61,585 bases of DNA from an uncultured Dehalococcoidia bacterium (GTDB lineage Bacteria > Chloroflexota > Dehalococcoidia > Lucifugimonadales > GCA-2712585): positions 1 through 61,585 of the forward strand of contig CAZPLA010000026.1 in NCBI GenBank assembly GCA_964587385.1. Direction: 5' to 3'. Below the pieces are notes generated by a model. It was not told where the DNA came from. It worked only from the letters and a program-made list of their open reading frames with translations, and searched no databases. Numbering within the stretch: position 1 is the first letter of the stretch; every line of letters begins with the position of its first letter. Below, in pieces: positions 28,868 through 38,652 of the stretch. The translations under genes were made by a program, and so were the position numbers.

Positions 28868-30145
28868 ATGTTTCGTTTAATAGGTGTGTTGATAGCCTTA
28901 ATAACTTTGGTCCACCTAAACCATGGCCATGTTAGAGCGGATTTCGATCGTGAGGATTGGGAGTTTTATAAATCTCTTAGCTTGCCGGCAGATATGGAAG
29001 TGAAAGAATTTGTAGAAGTATATCCTGATGCTGATTTATATGCTAACAGTAAAAGCAACTTTGAGGATTTGAGGATAATTGAGTCTCAGAATAATAAAGA
29101 GACACCTTATAAACTGGTAGTGACTGAGGGGGCTGATACCAATCAAGAATTGGATGCTAATTTCGTAGGTTTGGGATTTATTGCAGAAAAAGGCACCGGT
29201 TTTACCGCTCATCTGCTAGATGAGAATAGTTTACATAATCAAGTGGAAATAATTACAGATTCGGAAGAGTTTTTGGTAAGTGTGAAAGTAGAGGCGAGTT
29301 TTGATGGGAAATCATGGGATTTGTTGAGAGAACCGGTTTCTTTATACAAATTGAATCATGTGGAACCAGGTAATGGTCCATCTAATGTGATGATTGATTA
29401 TTCGGAAAATTCAGCTCCCTTTATTAGAGTTGTAGTTGTTGATGTTAATTTAGGCGAACTAGAAATTCATGATGCAAAAATTACTATGAGAAATATGATT
29501 GAAGCAGATTATATCGAATATGGATATTCTGCCTTATCCAGAAGTTTTGTAGGGGATAGCCGTGACAATTCGTTGGTTATAGATATGGGAGTTGTTGGGT
29601 TGCCTACTAGTAGAATTGAATTTGAACTTGAGGAAACTAATTTTTATAGAGATGTTGGTTTGGAAGGTAGTGATGATGGGGAGACATGGCTTTCGCTAAT
29701 GGGGGATTTTGTTTTATCCAGTTATGATACTCCGAAATTGGTCTCTAGGAATATGATTATTGATTACCCGGAAATTGCTAATAGATATATAAGGGTGCGA
29801 ATTGTGAATCAGGATAATTCTCCTCTCGATATCAAAGATATTCAAATATATGGATATAGTAGGACATTAATAATGGAGGCTCATAAAGGGCACGATTATT
29901 TAGTCTACTATGGAAATTCCAGAGCACTAGCACCTTCTTATGACCTAGAGAATATGTATCCATATTTGGATATGCGCGAGCTACGAAATGCTCAAATTGG
30001 AATGCAAAGTAGGAATCTAAGTTTTAAGCCCAATTGGTATGATAGATACCCATGGTTGGTTACGTTTGTAGTAGTAGTATCTACTTTAATATTGGGGGTA
30101 TTCCTGTTACGAATTGCCCGTGATGTAGTTAGACGAGGAAGTTAA
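28868..30145 (+). CDS. Secreted, C-terminally anchored protein (DUF3999-like)
   Basis: Signal peptide, DLRI, repeated VEASFDGKSW / LEGSDDGETW, YYGN..A.APSYDL and a C-terminal TM; follows the DUF2339-like gene. Confidence 0.7.
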   Translation: MFRLIGVLIALITLVHLNHGHVRADFDREDWEFYKSLSLPADMEVKEFVEVYPDADLYANSKSNFEDLRIIESQNNKETPYKLVVTEGADTNQELDANFVGLGFIAEKGTGFTAHLLDENSLHNQVEIITDSEEFLVSVKVEASFDGKSWDLLREPVSLYKLNHVEPGNGPSNVMIDYSENSAPFIRVVVVDVNLGELEIHDAKITMRNMIEADYIEYGYSALSRSFVGDSRDNSLVIDMGVVGLPTSRIEFELEETNFYRDVGLEGSDDGETWLSLMGDFVLSSYDTPKLVSRNMIIDYPEIANRYIRVRIVNQDNSPLDIKDIQIYGYSRTLIMEAHKGHDYLVYYGNSRALAPSYDLENMYPYLDMRELRNAQIGMQSRNLSFKPNWYDRYPWLVTFVVVVSTLILGVFLLRIARDVVRRGS

Positions 30146-30179
30146 ATTATAACGTATGATGTTTCATAATGTTAGCTAG

Positions 30180-30998
30180 TTAGGATTTTACGCATCTTTG
30201 TGCTTCTTTACTTATGTAGTCTCTGATTTCAGCGGGTATTGTTGGTATATTACCGGCATGAGCATTTTCGATAATACGGTCTGGGTTTGTTGTGGATGGA
30301 ATTAAAGTTCCAACACGTGGTTCAGCTAAAGCCCAAGCAAGTAATGCCTGAGCCCAAGTAGTTATTCCAAAGTCTTCCAAAGGGCCTAAATCCGGTTCTA
30401 AATGAAGATCTTTGGCTAGGTTACCCGACCCTAGTGGTCTCATGACTATGACTCCTATGCCTAATTCTGCGGCTAATGGGAGCATTACTTCTTCTGCCTC
30501 TCTCTCCATGACATTATAGGAAATTTGTATGGTTTGGATGCGCCCTGTTTTCATAATTTCCTGCATTTCAGGGAATCCTGGTGGATACGTATAAGTTACC
30601 CCTATTAGGCTGATAGCTTCCTCATATTTTAGCTGTTCTAAATAAGGTAGATGTGTTTTCCAATCAACCATGTTATGTATTTGCAAAACATGAATATGGT
30701 TGACTTTGAGCAGTTCAAAGGATCTGGCTATTTGGGCCTTGCCGGTGTCTTTGCCAGAGCACCAAACTTTTGTAGCTAATTGAAATTGTTCGGTTCTACC
30801 TTGCATTGATATACCTAATGACCATTCTGCTCGTCCATACATAGGAGAAGTGTCTATAAGGGTTGTTCCTGTAGCAATGCAGTTATCCATTATGGATCTA
30901 CGGACTTCCAATCCCTCGGAGTCTTCTACGTTGAATGTTTGAGCGCTACCCATTCCTATGGCCGGCACTTCTAAGTTTGCTAGTTGACGCTTATTCAT
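30180..30998 (-). CDS. Aldo/keto reductase
   Basis: IDTSPMYGRAE, LATKV, LQIHN, IQISYN, VIVMRPLGSG. Confidence 0.93.
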   Translation of the reverse strand: MNKRQLANLEVPAIGMGSAQTFNVEDSEGLEVRRSIMDNCIATGTTLIDTSPMYGRAEWSLGISMQGRTEQFQLATKVWCSGKDTGKAQIARSFELLKVNHIHVLQIHNMVDWKTHLPYLEQLKYEEAISLIGVTYTYPPGFPEMQEIMKTGRIQTIQISYNVMEREAEEVMLPLAAELGIGVIVMRPLGSGNLAKDLHLEPDLGPLEDFGITTWAQALLAWALAEPRVGTLIPSTTNPDRIIENAHAGNIPTIPAEIRDYISKEAQRCVKS

Positions 30999-31309
30999 GG
31001 TTGATATCCCTCCAGGCAGATAACCGAGTGTTCATTAAAAATATTATACTTCATGAAAGGGAATTGTAAAAAACGTAATGGATCAAAAGTCATGAATATA
31101 GGGAAGAAAACAGGATGCATGATTCGATTGATGGCTGTCATAGGCGACCCATGATGTTACAAATGGCCGTCCCATGGGTTCCGTTAAATTAATAGAGGTT
31201 GTTTTCTTCTAAATTTCTCCTTAGACGGTCGGGTTTATAACATCGAACATACTACATTGGCCAATGACCTCACAAGAGAATGGAATAAGATGTGTGAATT
31301 TGGTTTATC

Positions 31310-31361
31310 TTTACTTACAATATCGTAGGGGCCATACTTAATGACAGATGCCCGCCTACGA
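31310..31361 (+). promoter_or_regulatory. Promoter with straddling inverted repeat upstream of the rubrerythrin-VIT1 gene
   Basis: TTTACT-17 nt-CATACT; TCGTAGG (31323-31329) and CCTACGA (31355-31361) flank the -10 box. Confidence 0.45.
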
Positions 31362-31391
31362 CTGCTAAAAAGTAATTGTTGAGGATAATTT

Positions 31392-32636
31392 ATGAGCGAA
31401 ACATCAATAAATATGAGTAATACGGAACGGAATTTATGGAATGCGATTGTGGGAGAGGCAATGGCCTTATTGAAATATAATGCATTTGCTGCTAAGGCTA
31501 TGGAAGAAGGACACCCGGAAATAGCACAAATTTTTCAGGAAATAGCGGGAGCTGAAAACATACATGGCATTAATCATTTAAAGACAGTCGGAGGAATAAA
31601 GACTTCATTAGAAAATTTAGAGGGGGTTACCAAAGGGGAGGCGCGAGAAATTAGTGCCACTTACCCGCGTATGATAAAGGAGGCTTTGAATGAAGGTAGG
31701 CGCGATGCGGCTCAATCGTTTGCTATTGCTATGGATAGAGAAAAACACCACTTGCAGGCTTTCCTTAAAGCCTCGGATGATCTCACCAATAAGTTAGCAA
31801 ATCAGTCTTTGGAGGTTGGTTCAATACTTACGCCGGTGATTGAACCTCATGATGGAATGTCATATAAATCGGTAGATTCACCGAAACAGGCGGATCAACA
31901 ATTAGCTAAAGCGAAAACGGAGTTCCCTGAGGCAATTAGGGAAATAGAACGGGAACGGTGGAGAGTCGCTGCATTTGGGCGAATTCGAGAGGTAGTTTTT
32001 GGTGCTCAAGATGGTCTGTTGAGTACTGTTGTTTTGGTTACTGCGTTGGCTGCGGCAACTACTACTCAAGCTACTGTAGTGGTTGCAGGATTAGCTGCAG
32101 CTATGGCTGGTATGATTTCTATGGCAACTGGAACATATTTGGGGTCGAAAGCAGAAAAGGAAGTTTTTCGAGCAGAAATTGAAAATGAAGCCAAGGAATT
32201 GGAAGAAAACCCAGCTGAAGAATTAGCGGAACTTGTCTTTCTTTATCATCAACAAGGAATGAGTTTTGCGGAAGCTGAAAATATGGCCAAACATATAGCG
32301 TCTGATAAAGATCTCTGGCTTAGGACATTGGTAGAGAAGGAACTTGGATTGGATCCGAATTTGGTGACTAGTCCATTTAAGGATGCAATTGCTATGGGTG
32401 GATCATTTATCATAGCCGCCTTAATACCGATAATCCCATACCTTTTAGTAGACGGCACATCAGCTATGATTGCATCTATAGGTGCAGCAATAACGGTTTT
32501 ATTCACTTTAGGTACCGCAAAAGGAAGATTGGTTAAAAAAGCGCCGCTTTTACAGGGATTAGAGATCTTGGGAATTGGTGTTGGTGCTACGATAATTGGG
32601 TATCTTATGGGAGTGTTTATTCCACGATTATTTTAA
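31392..32636 (+). CDS. Rubrerythrin (di-iron four-helix) - VIT1/CCC1 fusion, putative iron/manganese exporter (MbfA-like)
   Basis: N-terminal GE..A..KY, AENIH, GE, YPRM, REKHH; C-terminal REVVFGAQDGL, ISMATGTYL and Glu-rich cytosolic loop. Confidence 0.9.
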   Translation: MSETSINMSNTERNLWNAIVGEAMALLKYNAFAAKAMEEGHPEIAQIFQEIAGAENIHGINHLKTVGGIKTSLENLEGVTKGEAREISATYPRMIKEALNEGRRDAAQSFAIAMDREKHHLQAFLKASDDLTNKLANQSLEVGSILTPVIEPHDGMSYKSVDSPKQADQQLAKAKTEFPEAIREIERERWRVAAFGRIREVVFGAQDGLLSTVVLVTALAAATTTQATVVVAGLAAAMAGMISMATGTYLGSKAEKEVFRAEIENEAKELEENPAEELAELVFLYHQQGMSFAEAENMAKHIASDKDLWLRTLVEKELGLDPNLVTSPFKDAIAMGGSFIIAALIPIIPYLLVDGTSAMIASIGAAITVLFTLGTAKGRLVKKAPLLQGLEILGIGVGATIIGYLMGVFIPRLF

Positions 32637-32730
32637 CGTCTCGGTCGTCTGGATACATAGGATTAAATTTATCGTATTTTGGGAATCCGCATATAGATAA
32701 CCTTAGATATGTTCATGGCTACAGTCTTAT

Positions 32731-33393
32731 CTAAAGTTGCTCCCGGGGCTTTTGAATCATTCGAAGTTCCATAAACCTTCCGAAATGATATTGCAGAGTG
32801 TAGTTTACCTCTTCTAACGTGACAGGTTGTTCTATTAAACTTTGCATTGATGTTACTCGAGCATTTGGAGTTCCACATGGGATAATGTATTTGTAGTAAT
32901 TTAAATCAGTGTTAATGTTTAGTGAAAGACCATGGTGAGTAACGCCTCTACTGATTTTTACACCTATTGCTCCAATTTTATGCTCATCAACCCAGACTCC
33001 GGTTGAGCTTAATGCTGTAGCTTTGTTGATGCCATAATCTTTTAATGTGGCAATAATAATTTGTTCTAGGTTCCGTATATATTTTACGGGACCTCCCCAA
33101 TTCTTTAAATTAATAATTGGGTATGCTATTAATTGCCCCGGCCCATGATACGTTACTTCACCGCCACGATCTACTGAATGCACCGGGATGTCGAGTTGTG
33201 CTAATTGGTTTTTAGTTAGCAAAATATGATCTTCCGTTCCTCGTCTCCCAATTGTGAATACAGTGGGATGCTCCAGTAACAATAAGGTGTTGGTCCTCTT
33301 ACCTAGTGATACGGCATCAACTAACTCTTGCTGCAGCTTCCATGCTTGCAAGTATTCCATTTGACCCAAGTTAAAAATTTCGCAAGTATCCAT
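32731..33393 (-). CDS. lipB: Lipoyl(octanoyl) transferase
   Basis: LLEHPTVFTIGR, DRGGEVTYHGPGQ, KIGAIG, HGLSLN, IIPCG. Confidence 0.96.
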   Translation of the reverse strand: MDTCEIFNLGQMEYLQAWKLQQELVDAVSLGKRTNTLLLLEHPTVFTIGRRGTEDHILLTKNQLAQLDIPVHSVDRGGEVTYHGPGQLIAYPIINLKNWGGPVKYIRNLEQIIIATLKDYGINKATALSSTGVWVDEHKIGAIGVKISRGVTHHGLSLNINTDLNYYKYIIPCGTPNARVTSMQSLIEQPVTLEEVNYTLQYHFGRFMELRMIQKPREQL

Positions 33394-33399
33394 ATGTAA

Positions 33400-34680
33400 C
33401 TAAGAAGATTGGTTGTTTGTGTGCAAAGTTTCTATACCGAGTTTCAGGGATTGTAAAAATGCTGATGCCTCCAATCCGTCTATAACACGGTGATCAAACG
33501 ACATGCAGATATTCATTATTGAACGTATGGTAATTTCATCGTTCATTACTACTGGCTTCTTCTGGACCTTTTCGGTGGTTAATATGGCTACTTGTGGAGG
33601 ATTGATAATTGGTTTAGAGAGAACGAATCCCAACGAACCAGTATTGTTTAGGGTGAATGTGCCGTTTTGGACATCACTTAGGTCTAGTAACCCCTTTTTT
33701 GCTTTGCTAGTTAAATCTTTTAATTTCATATTAAGTTGAGTTATGGTGAGGTGATTAGGACTGTGTATTACCGGAACTACGAGTCCGTCGGGCGCAGCTA
33801 CTGCTACACCTATGTTGATTTCATCAAATAATTTTATTCCATCTTCTGACCAGGAAGCGTTTAATTTAGGGTGATCAGCAAGGGTAGTTCCTAGGGCGTT
33901 AATTAGAAATGGTAAGAGGGTAATACTGGTTCCATTAGACCTATTTAGGGATTCGTTGATTGAGCGTCTGTGAGCTACCAGGTCCGTAACATCGACTTCA
34001 ATCATTATCCAGGCATGGGGTATCGTAGATACGCTGTGCAACATATTTTGGGCTATAAGTTTACGGACAGGAGTTAATTTAAGGGTTTTGTGGTTTATAG
34101 ATGGGGCTACTCCATGGATTGGCTCGCTAGTTATTTGTTCTAGTGAGGTTGGAGGGGAAGCACTATTTCGAGTAGCAATTAGTTCTAAAATATCTTTTTT
34201 TGTAACTCGATTGTTCATCCCAGTTCCCTGGACCGAGTTGAGGTCTATTTTGTGTTGAGCGGCCAATCGATTTACAACTGGAGAATAAACCTTAGATGGA
34301 TCATCTGCAGTATCAAAATGAACAATACTTGCTCCACCTGTCGGACCTATACCCAATCTTGTTTCATCCAAAGACCCTGTTAATTTGTTGCTATCGACCG
34401 AGAGGTTGCCAGGATCGGTTTGCATGGATTCAACATTGGAGCTAGTTTCCATTTCACCTATTGGAGCACCGATTGGTATAGTCGAGCCTTCTTGAGCTAA
34501 TATTTTAGTTAAGACCCCGTCATAAGGTGAAGGGATTTCTAAATTAACTTTATCGGTTGTGATCTCTACGAGGGGATCGTATTTTTTGATGGTTTCTCCA
34601 GGCTGTTTTAGCCATTTGCCTATGATACCCTCCACTATTCCTTCACCAACCTGGGGTAGTGCAATTGTGATGGTTTGCAT
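33400..34680 (-). CDS. 2-oxoacid dehydrogenase E2, dihydrolipoamide acyltransferase (BCKDH-like)
   Basis: Lipoyl domain EITTDKV, E3-binding SPVVNRLA..GTG..RVTKKD, catalytic DHRVIDG. Confidence 0.94.
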   Translation of the reverse strand: MQTITIALPQVGEGIVEGIIGKWLKQPGETIKKYDPLVEITTDKVNLEIPSPYDGVLTKILAQEGSTIPIGAPIGEMETSSNVESMQTDPGNLSVDSNKLTGSLDETRLGIGPTGGASIVHFDTADDPSKVYSPVVNRLAAQHKIDLNSVQGTGMNNRVTKKDILELIATRNSASPPTSLEQITSEPIHGVAPSINHKTLKLTPVRKLIAQNMLHSVSTIPHAWIMIEVDVTDLVAHRRSINESLNRSNGTSITLLPFLINALGTTLADHPKLNASWSEDGIKLFDEINIGVAVAAPDGLVVPVIHSPNHLTITQLNMKLKDLTSKAKKGLLDLSDVQNGTFTLNNTGSLGFVLSKPIINPPQVAILTTEKVQKKPVVMNDEITIRSIMNICMSFDHRVIDGLEASAFLQSLKLGIETLHTNNQSS

Positions 34681-34691
34681 AATTGTTCCCT

Positions 34692-35675
34692 TTAGTAATG
34701 AGCTAATTCTAGCAAAGCGTGGGTAATCTTTTCAGTATTTATCAAATAAGCGGCTTCAAGTGTAGGCGCGTAGCCCATAGCGGGCACATCGGGTCCACAA
34801 AGCCTCATTATAGGGGCGTCTAAATAGTTGAAAGCCTGTTCTCCTATTGTGGCGGCTATTTCTGCACCAACGCCTCCTGTTAAGTTAGATTCATGAACTA
34901 TAAGCACTTTTCCGGTTTTCTTTGCAGAACTGAGTATTGCATCTTTATCCAACGGCAAAAGGCTTCTTAAATCGACCACTTCAACCTCTATGCCGTGTTT
35001 ATGCAGGTTAGATGCTGCTTCCATTCCTAAATGTACTGCGAGACCGTAACATATCAGAGTGATATCATTGCCCTGTCTCTTAACGTCTGCTTTGCCTATT
35101 GGTATCGTATATTCAGGGTCCGGAATCTCGCCTTTGACGCCTCTATAGGTTTTTTTATGTTCGAGAAATATAACTGGGTTGTTATCTCGTATAGCAGATT
35201 TTAATAAGCCTTTGGCGTCAAACGGTGTAGCTGGTGCAATTACTTTTAGGCCTGGCGTATTATATAGATAGCTTTCAATGGATTGAGAGTGAAATAATCC
35301 TCCCCTGATTCCTCCTCCATATGGAATTCGGACAACCATAGGTATACTTAATTGGCCGTTGGATCCATAAAATATCCTTGAAGCTTCTCCTATAATTTGG
35401 TTTGCTGCATACCACCAGAAATCGGAGAACTGGATCTCGGCAATAGGTCGTAAACCCTTCATTGCGAGTCCAACTGCCATTCCAGCAATTAATCCTTCTG
35501 ATAAAGGGGTATCTATAATTCGAGATGAACCAAACTTATCAACTAACCCGTCCGTCGCGAGAAAGACTCCTCCTCTAACTCCAACGTCTTGCCCAAGAAC
35601 TAGTACATTAGGGTTTCTATGCATTTCTTCATCCATGGCGTCATGGATAGCTTGAATAACTGATTTAATAGACAT
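34692..35675 (-). CDS. 2-oxoacid dehydrogenase E1 beta (2-oxoisovalerate DH-like)
   Basis: GQDVGVRGGVF, DTPLSE, EIQFSDF, HSQS, FLEHKKTY. Confidence 0.94.
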   Translation of the reverse strand: MSIKSVIQAIHDAMDEEMHRNPNVLVLGQDVGVRGGVFLATDGLVDKFGSSRIIDTPLSEGLIAGMAVGLAMKGLRPIAEIQFSDFWWYAANQIIGEASRIFYGSNGQLSIPMVVRIPYGGGIRGGLFHSQSIESYLYNTPGLKVIAPATPFDAKGLLKSAIRDNNPVIFLEHKKTYRGVKGEIPDPEYTIPIGKADVKRQGNDITLICYGLAVHLGMEAASNLHKHGIEVEVVDLRSLLPLDKDAILSSAKKTGKVLIVHESNLTGGVGAEIAATIGEQAFNYLDAPIMRLCGPDVPAMGYAPTLEAAYLINTEKITHALLELAHY

Positions 35676-35686
35676 ACCGTAGTCCC

Positions 35687-36733
35687 TTAAGAAGCATACA
35701 GATTATCCATTAATGTTGAAGGGTCAGGCCAGGGTTCGGATTCTAGTTGTTCTGTAGCATCGTTTACTTGAGATGTTGCCAAATCATGCAAGTGTTGATC
35801 CAGTTGTGTATTAAGGTCACCTCGGGCATATAAATACGTTTGCAATCTTTTAAGTGGGTCTCGTAACATTGATTTTTCAATATCTGAAGCCGAACGATAG
35901 ATTGAGTGGTCATCATCCGAAGTATGTGGTTTTAACCGCTCCACATTTAGTTGCAAAAAGGTCGGTCCACCATCTGGAGATCTGGCTCTTTTTATTGCTT
36001 CTTTGGTTTGCAGGTAGACGGCGAGAAGGTCCGTTCCATCTACTATAAAGCCTGGAAAATTATATCCTGCTGCTCTATCTGCAAGGTTAGGTATAGCACT
36101 TTGCTTTTCTTGGGGAACAGAAATTGCTAGTCGGTTGTTAAAGCATAGAAAGACTATTGGGAGTTTGTGTATTCCAGCAAAGTTCATTGCCTCGTGGCAT
36201 TCCCCTTGACTAGATGCTCCGTCTCCAAAAGATACGAGAACTACAGCGTTGTCATTTAGAGTCTTAGATCCTAGAGCGTATCCAGTAGCCTGGCAAAGAT
36301 TAGAACCGACAACATTAGATCCCTGGATCATGCGAAGTTTGGAGGAAGCACCCTGGGAAAGAAATTGCCGTCCTCCATTCATTGGATCCATAGCTTTGCC
36401 TGTGACACCCATCAGTATTTGCAAAGGAGTTAAGCCAACCATAAGTTTAAGTGGCATGTCTCTGTAATATGGAAAAAAAAAGCAATTACCATCATTTAAA
36501 CCGGCGAGAGCTAATCCCATAGATGCTGATTCGTTGCCTTGGCAGGAAGCTGTTAGAGGAACGCGTCCTTGACGATTGAGAGCCCAGATGCGTTCATCCA
36601 AGATTCGTGTTAGAACCATTTCACCATATAGTTCCAGCAATTGTTGGCTATTAATATCAAGATCTTCGGTTTCCAGTGAAGTATAACTGGAATGATGTGG
36701 TGGAGTGTTTGTAGCTTTGTTACCAGAAATCAT
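35687..36733 (-). CDS. 2-oxoacid dehydrogenase E1 alpha (2-oxoisovalerate DH-like)
   Basis: RQGR, SCQG, PYYRD, TPP motif GDGASSQGECHEAMNFA...NN, HTSDDD. Confidence 0.93.
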   Translation of the reverse strand: MISGNKATNTPPHHSSYTSLETEDLDINSQQLLELYGEMVLTRILDERIWALNRQGRVPLTASCQGNESASMGLALAGLNDGNCFFFPYYRDMPLKLMVGLTPLQILMGVTGKAMDPMNGGRQFLSQGASSKLRMIQGSNVVGSNLCQATGYALGSKTLNDNAVVLVSFGDGASSQGECHEAMNFAGIHKLPIVFLCFNNRLAISVPQEKQSAIPNLADRAAGYNFPGFIVDGTDLLAVYLQTKEAIKRARSPDGGPTFLQLNVERLKPHTSDDDHSIYRSASDIEKSMLRDPLKRLQTYLYARGDLNTQLDQHLHDLATSQVNDATEQLESEPWPDPSTLMDNLYAS

Positions 36734-36931
36734 ATTGTTATAAGGTGAATAATGATAGAAGAAATAGGATGCGAGCCGAACGATTAGTTCGTTTTTCGAA
36801 CATTAACTTAAAAGGTCCACATGTAAACATCTTAACCAACGGCGCTCCATTTCTGGGTGTTAAGTCTGAATAAGCACACCTGTTATCATTGTCAAGATCG
36901 AGAATCGTATACTGTTGAGTGCAACTAGGTG

Positions 36932-36960
36932 ATTGTATAAAAGCATACTTATAGTGTCAA
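36932..36960 (-). promoter_or_regulatory. Near-consensus sigma70 promoter of the 2-oxoacid dehydrogenase operon
   Basis: Minus strand TTGACA-17 nt-TACAAT. Confidence 0.65.
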
Positions 36961-37074
36961 TCGTACGATTGTTTTGGTTTATTGAGGGGTTTAACGAGGG
37001 CATTTCTGGAAGTATAATAACTTGGAAATTAGCATAGAGTGCTTTTCAAAAATGTAACTGGGTAGGAGTATATA

Positions 37075-37392
37075 ATGGCTCAAGAGTTCATAAAAGTGGC
37101 TAATGTTGATGAAGTGTCTCCAGGAAATATGATTTCTGTTGAATTTGAAGGACGTCCTGTTTTGGTTGCGAATGTAGATGGTGAATTATTTGCTATTGGT
37201 GATGAGTGCACTCACGCGGGTAGTCTTCTTTCTGGTGGGTATTTAGATGGGTGTCGAGTGGAATGCCCTACACATGGAGCCCTTTTTGATCTGAAAACGG
37301 GAGAAGCAATAAGTCCCCCTGCAGATGAAGGAACACCTGCTTATTGTGTGAAGGTGGATGGCCAATCGATACTAGTCGGGCTACCTGAATAA
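37075..37392 (+). CDS. Rieske [2Fe-2S] ferredoxin
   Basis: CTH...CPTHG. Confidence 0.94.
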   Translation: MAQEFIKVANVDEVSPGNMISVEFEGRPVLVANVDGELFAIGDECTHAGSLLSGGYLDGCRVECPTHGALFDLKTGEAISPPADEGTPAYCVKVDGQSILVGLPE

Positions 37393-37575
37393 ATGCGCAA
37401 GCGATAATTAGCTGTACGTCTCTTATTCCCCAAAAGTAGATTACCAATAGACCTGGTAAATTAATGAACGATAAGCGTATTCTGTTGATGTTTTACGAAA
37501 AAAAGCAGATCTAGATCAGTTTCAACCTAAAGATACTTCAGCAATTGTCGGTGGTGAAGATCGTAAGCTAGTTAA

Positions 37576-38112
37576 TTACCTGTTGGCTTTGATTTCGGCA
37601 ATTTCGGACTCTATTTTAGATCGCAAGAATCCTAGATCTATAGCTTCTTCCATAAGCGTTTGGGAGCCAACATCATCTCCGAGGCATGCCAGAGCTTTAG
37701 CTTTTCCGGCATAAGATTCAGCATGAAATACTGAAAGGGGTATTGCAGTTTCGAAATCCGCTAGTGATGCTTGGCAATCCCCAAACTTTAGATTATGGTC
37801 GCCTCTCGCAATGATGGCTCCTAAAAATTTGGGATCCAATCGAATTGCTTCATCCAAATCGGCCTTTGCTTCATCAAATCTACCCAAAGATCTATATGCT
37901 AGGGCTCTTCGATGATAAACTTCTCGACGCTCAGGGTTGGCTTCAATAGACGTAGTGAAGTCCTGGATGGCGGCATTAGGATCACCTAATTCGAGTGCGG
38001 CGATGCCGCTAGTATAATATTTTTGGTCGTCTTTGACGGATGTCTCGCCACAAGCCGAGAGTAGGATTAATGTCGTTATTAAAAGAGATATCGTGAGGGT
38101 AACTTTTTTCAT
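37576..38112 (-). CDS. TPR-repeat lipoprotein
   Basis: Lipobox LSAC; TPR-like repeats such as YHRRALAYRSLGRFDEAKADLDEAIRLDP. Confidence 0.88.
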   Translation of the reverse strand: MKKVTLTISLLITTLILLSACGETSVKDDQKYYTSGIAALELGDPNAAIQDFTTSIEANPERREVYHRRALAYRSLGRFDEAKADLDEAIRLDPKFLGAIIARGDHNLKFGDCQASLADFETAIPLSVFHAESYAGKAKALACLGDDVGSQTLMEEAIDLGFLRSKIESEIAEIKANR

Positions 38113-38181
38113 TTTTTAATTTCCTTCCTCCATTACGTCCTGATCAATATTACACTACTCGAGGGAAAGAGACTACTATTT

Positions 38182-38604
38182 TTAATTATTGGGCCATTCG
38201 ACGGTCACGCTTGTTTGAAGGCCACCTCGTGCTTTGTAATTCAAAACTAGCCTGATATATTGAGGCGTAATCAATTCTACCATGTCTTGCAAGATGCGAT
38301 TTGCTGCATGTTCTTGAACTATGCCTACATCCCGAAATGATAGGAGATAATACTTCAATGATTTTAATTCGATAATTTGTTCAAACGGGGTGTATGAGAT
38401 CTCGAGTGTTCCATAGTCGGGGAGTCCCGTCCATGGGCAAACGGCGGTAAATTCATCCGTCGTGATAACTATGGTAGAAGGCTGCTTCGGGTATTCATAA
38501 GCAAAAGATAAGAGTACTTGTGGCATTATTGCTTCTTCTCCATGCCAAGATAGTTCTTTGTCTATTGATAAATATTTGTCTTTGAGGTCATATATTTCGA
38601 CCAT
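38182..38604 (-). CDS. queF: NADPH-dependent preQ0 (7-cyano-7-deazaguanine) reductase
   Basis: EFTAVCPWTGLPDYG, QueF motif ELKSLKYYL, RGG. Confidence 0.95.
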   Translation of the reverse strand: MVEIYDLKDKYLSIDKELSWHGEEAIMPQVLLSFAYEYPKQPSTIVITTDEFTAVCPWTGLPDYGTLEISYTPFEQIIELKSLKYYLLSFRDVGIVQEHAANRILQDMVELITPQYIRLVLNYKARGGLQTSVTVEWPNN

Positions 38605-38652
38605 GATGGCTCCTAATAATTAGAGTTTATGATAGTTGTTAGGATGATGGGT

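Noticed and set aside
31311-31319. TTACTTACA, identical to a TetR operator half-site
   Set aside because: The other half-site is absent, and a 9-mer match in AT-rich DNA can arise by chance.
38605-38652. Possible preQ1 riboswitch upstream of queF
   Set aside because: The gap to ispH is only 48 bp and has no recognisable preQ1 aptamer; queF appears co-transcribed with ispH.
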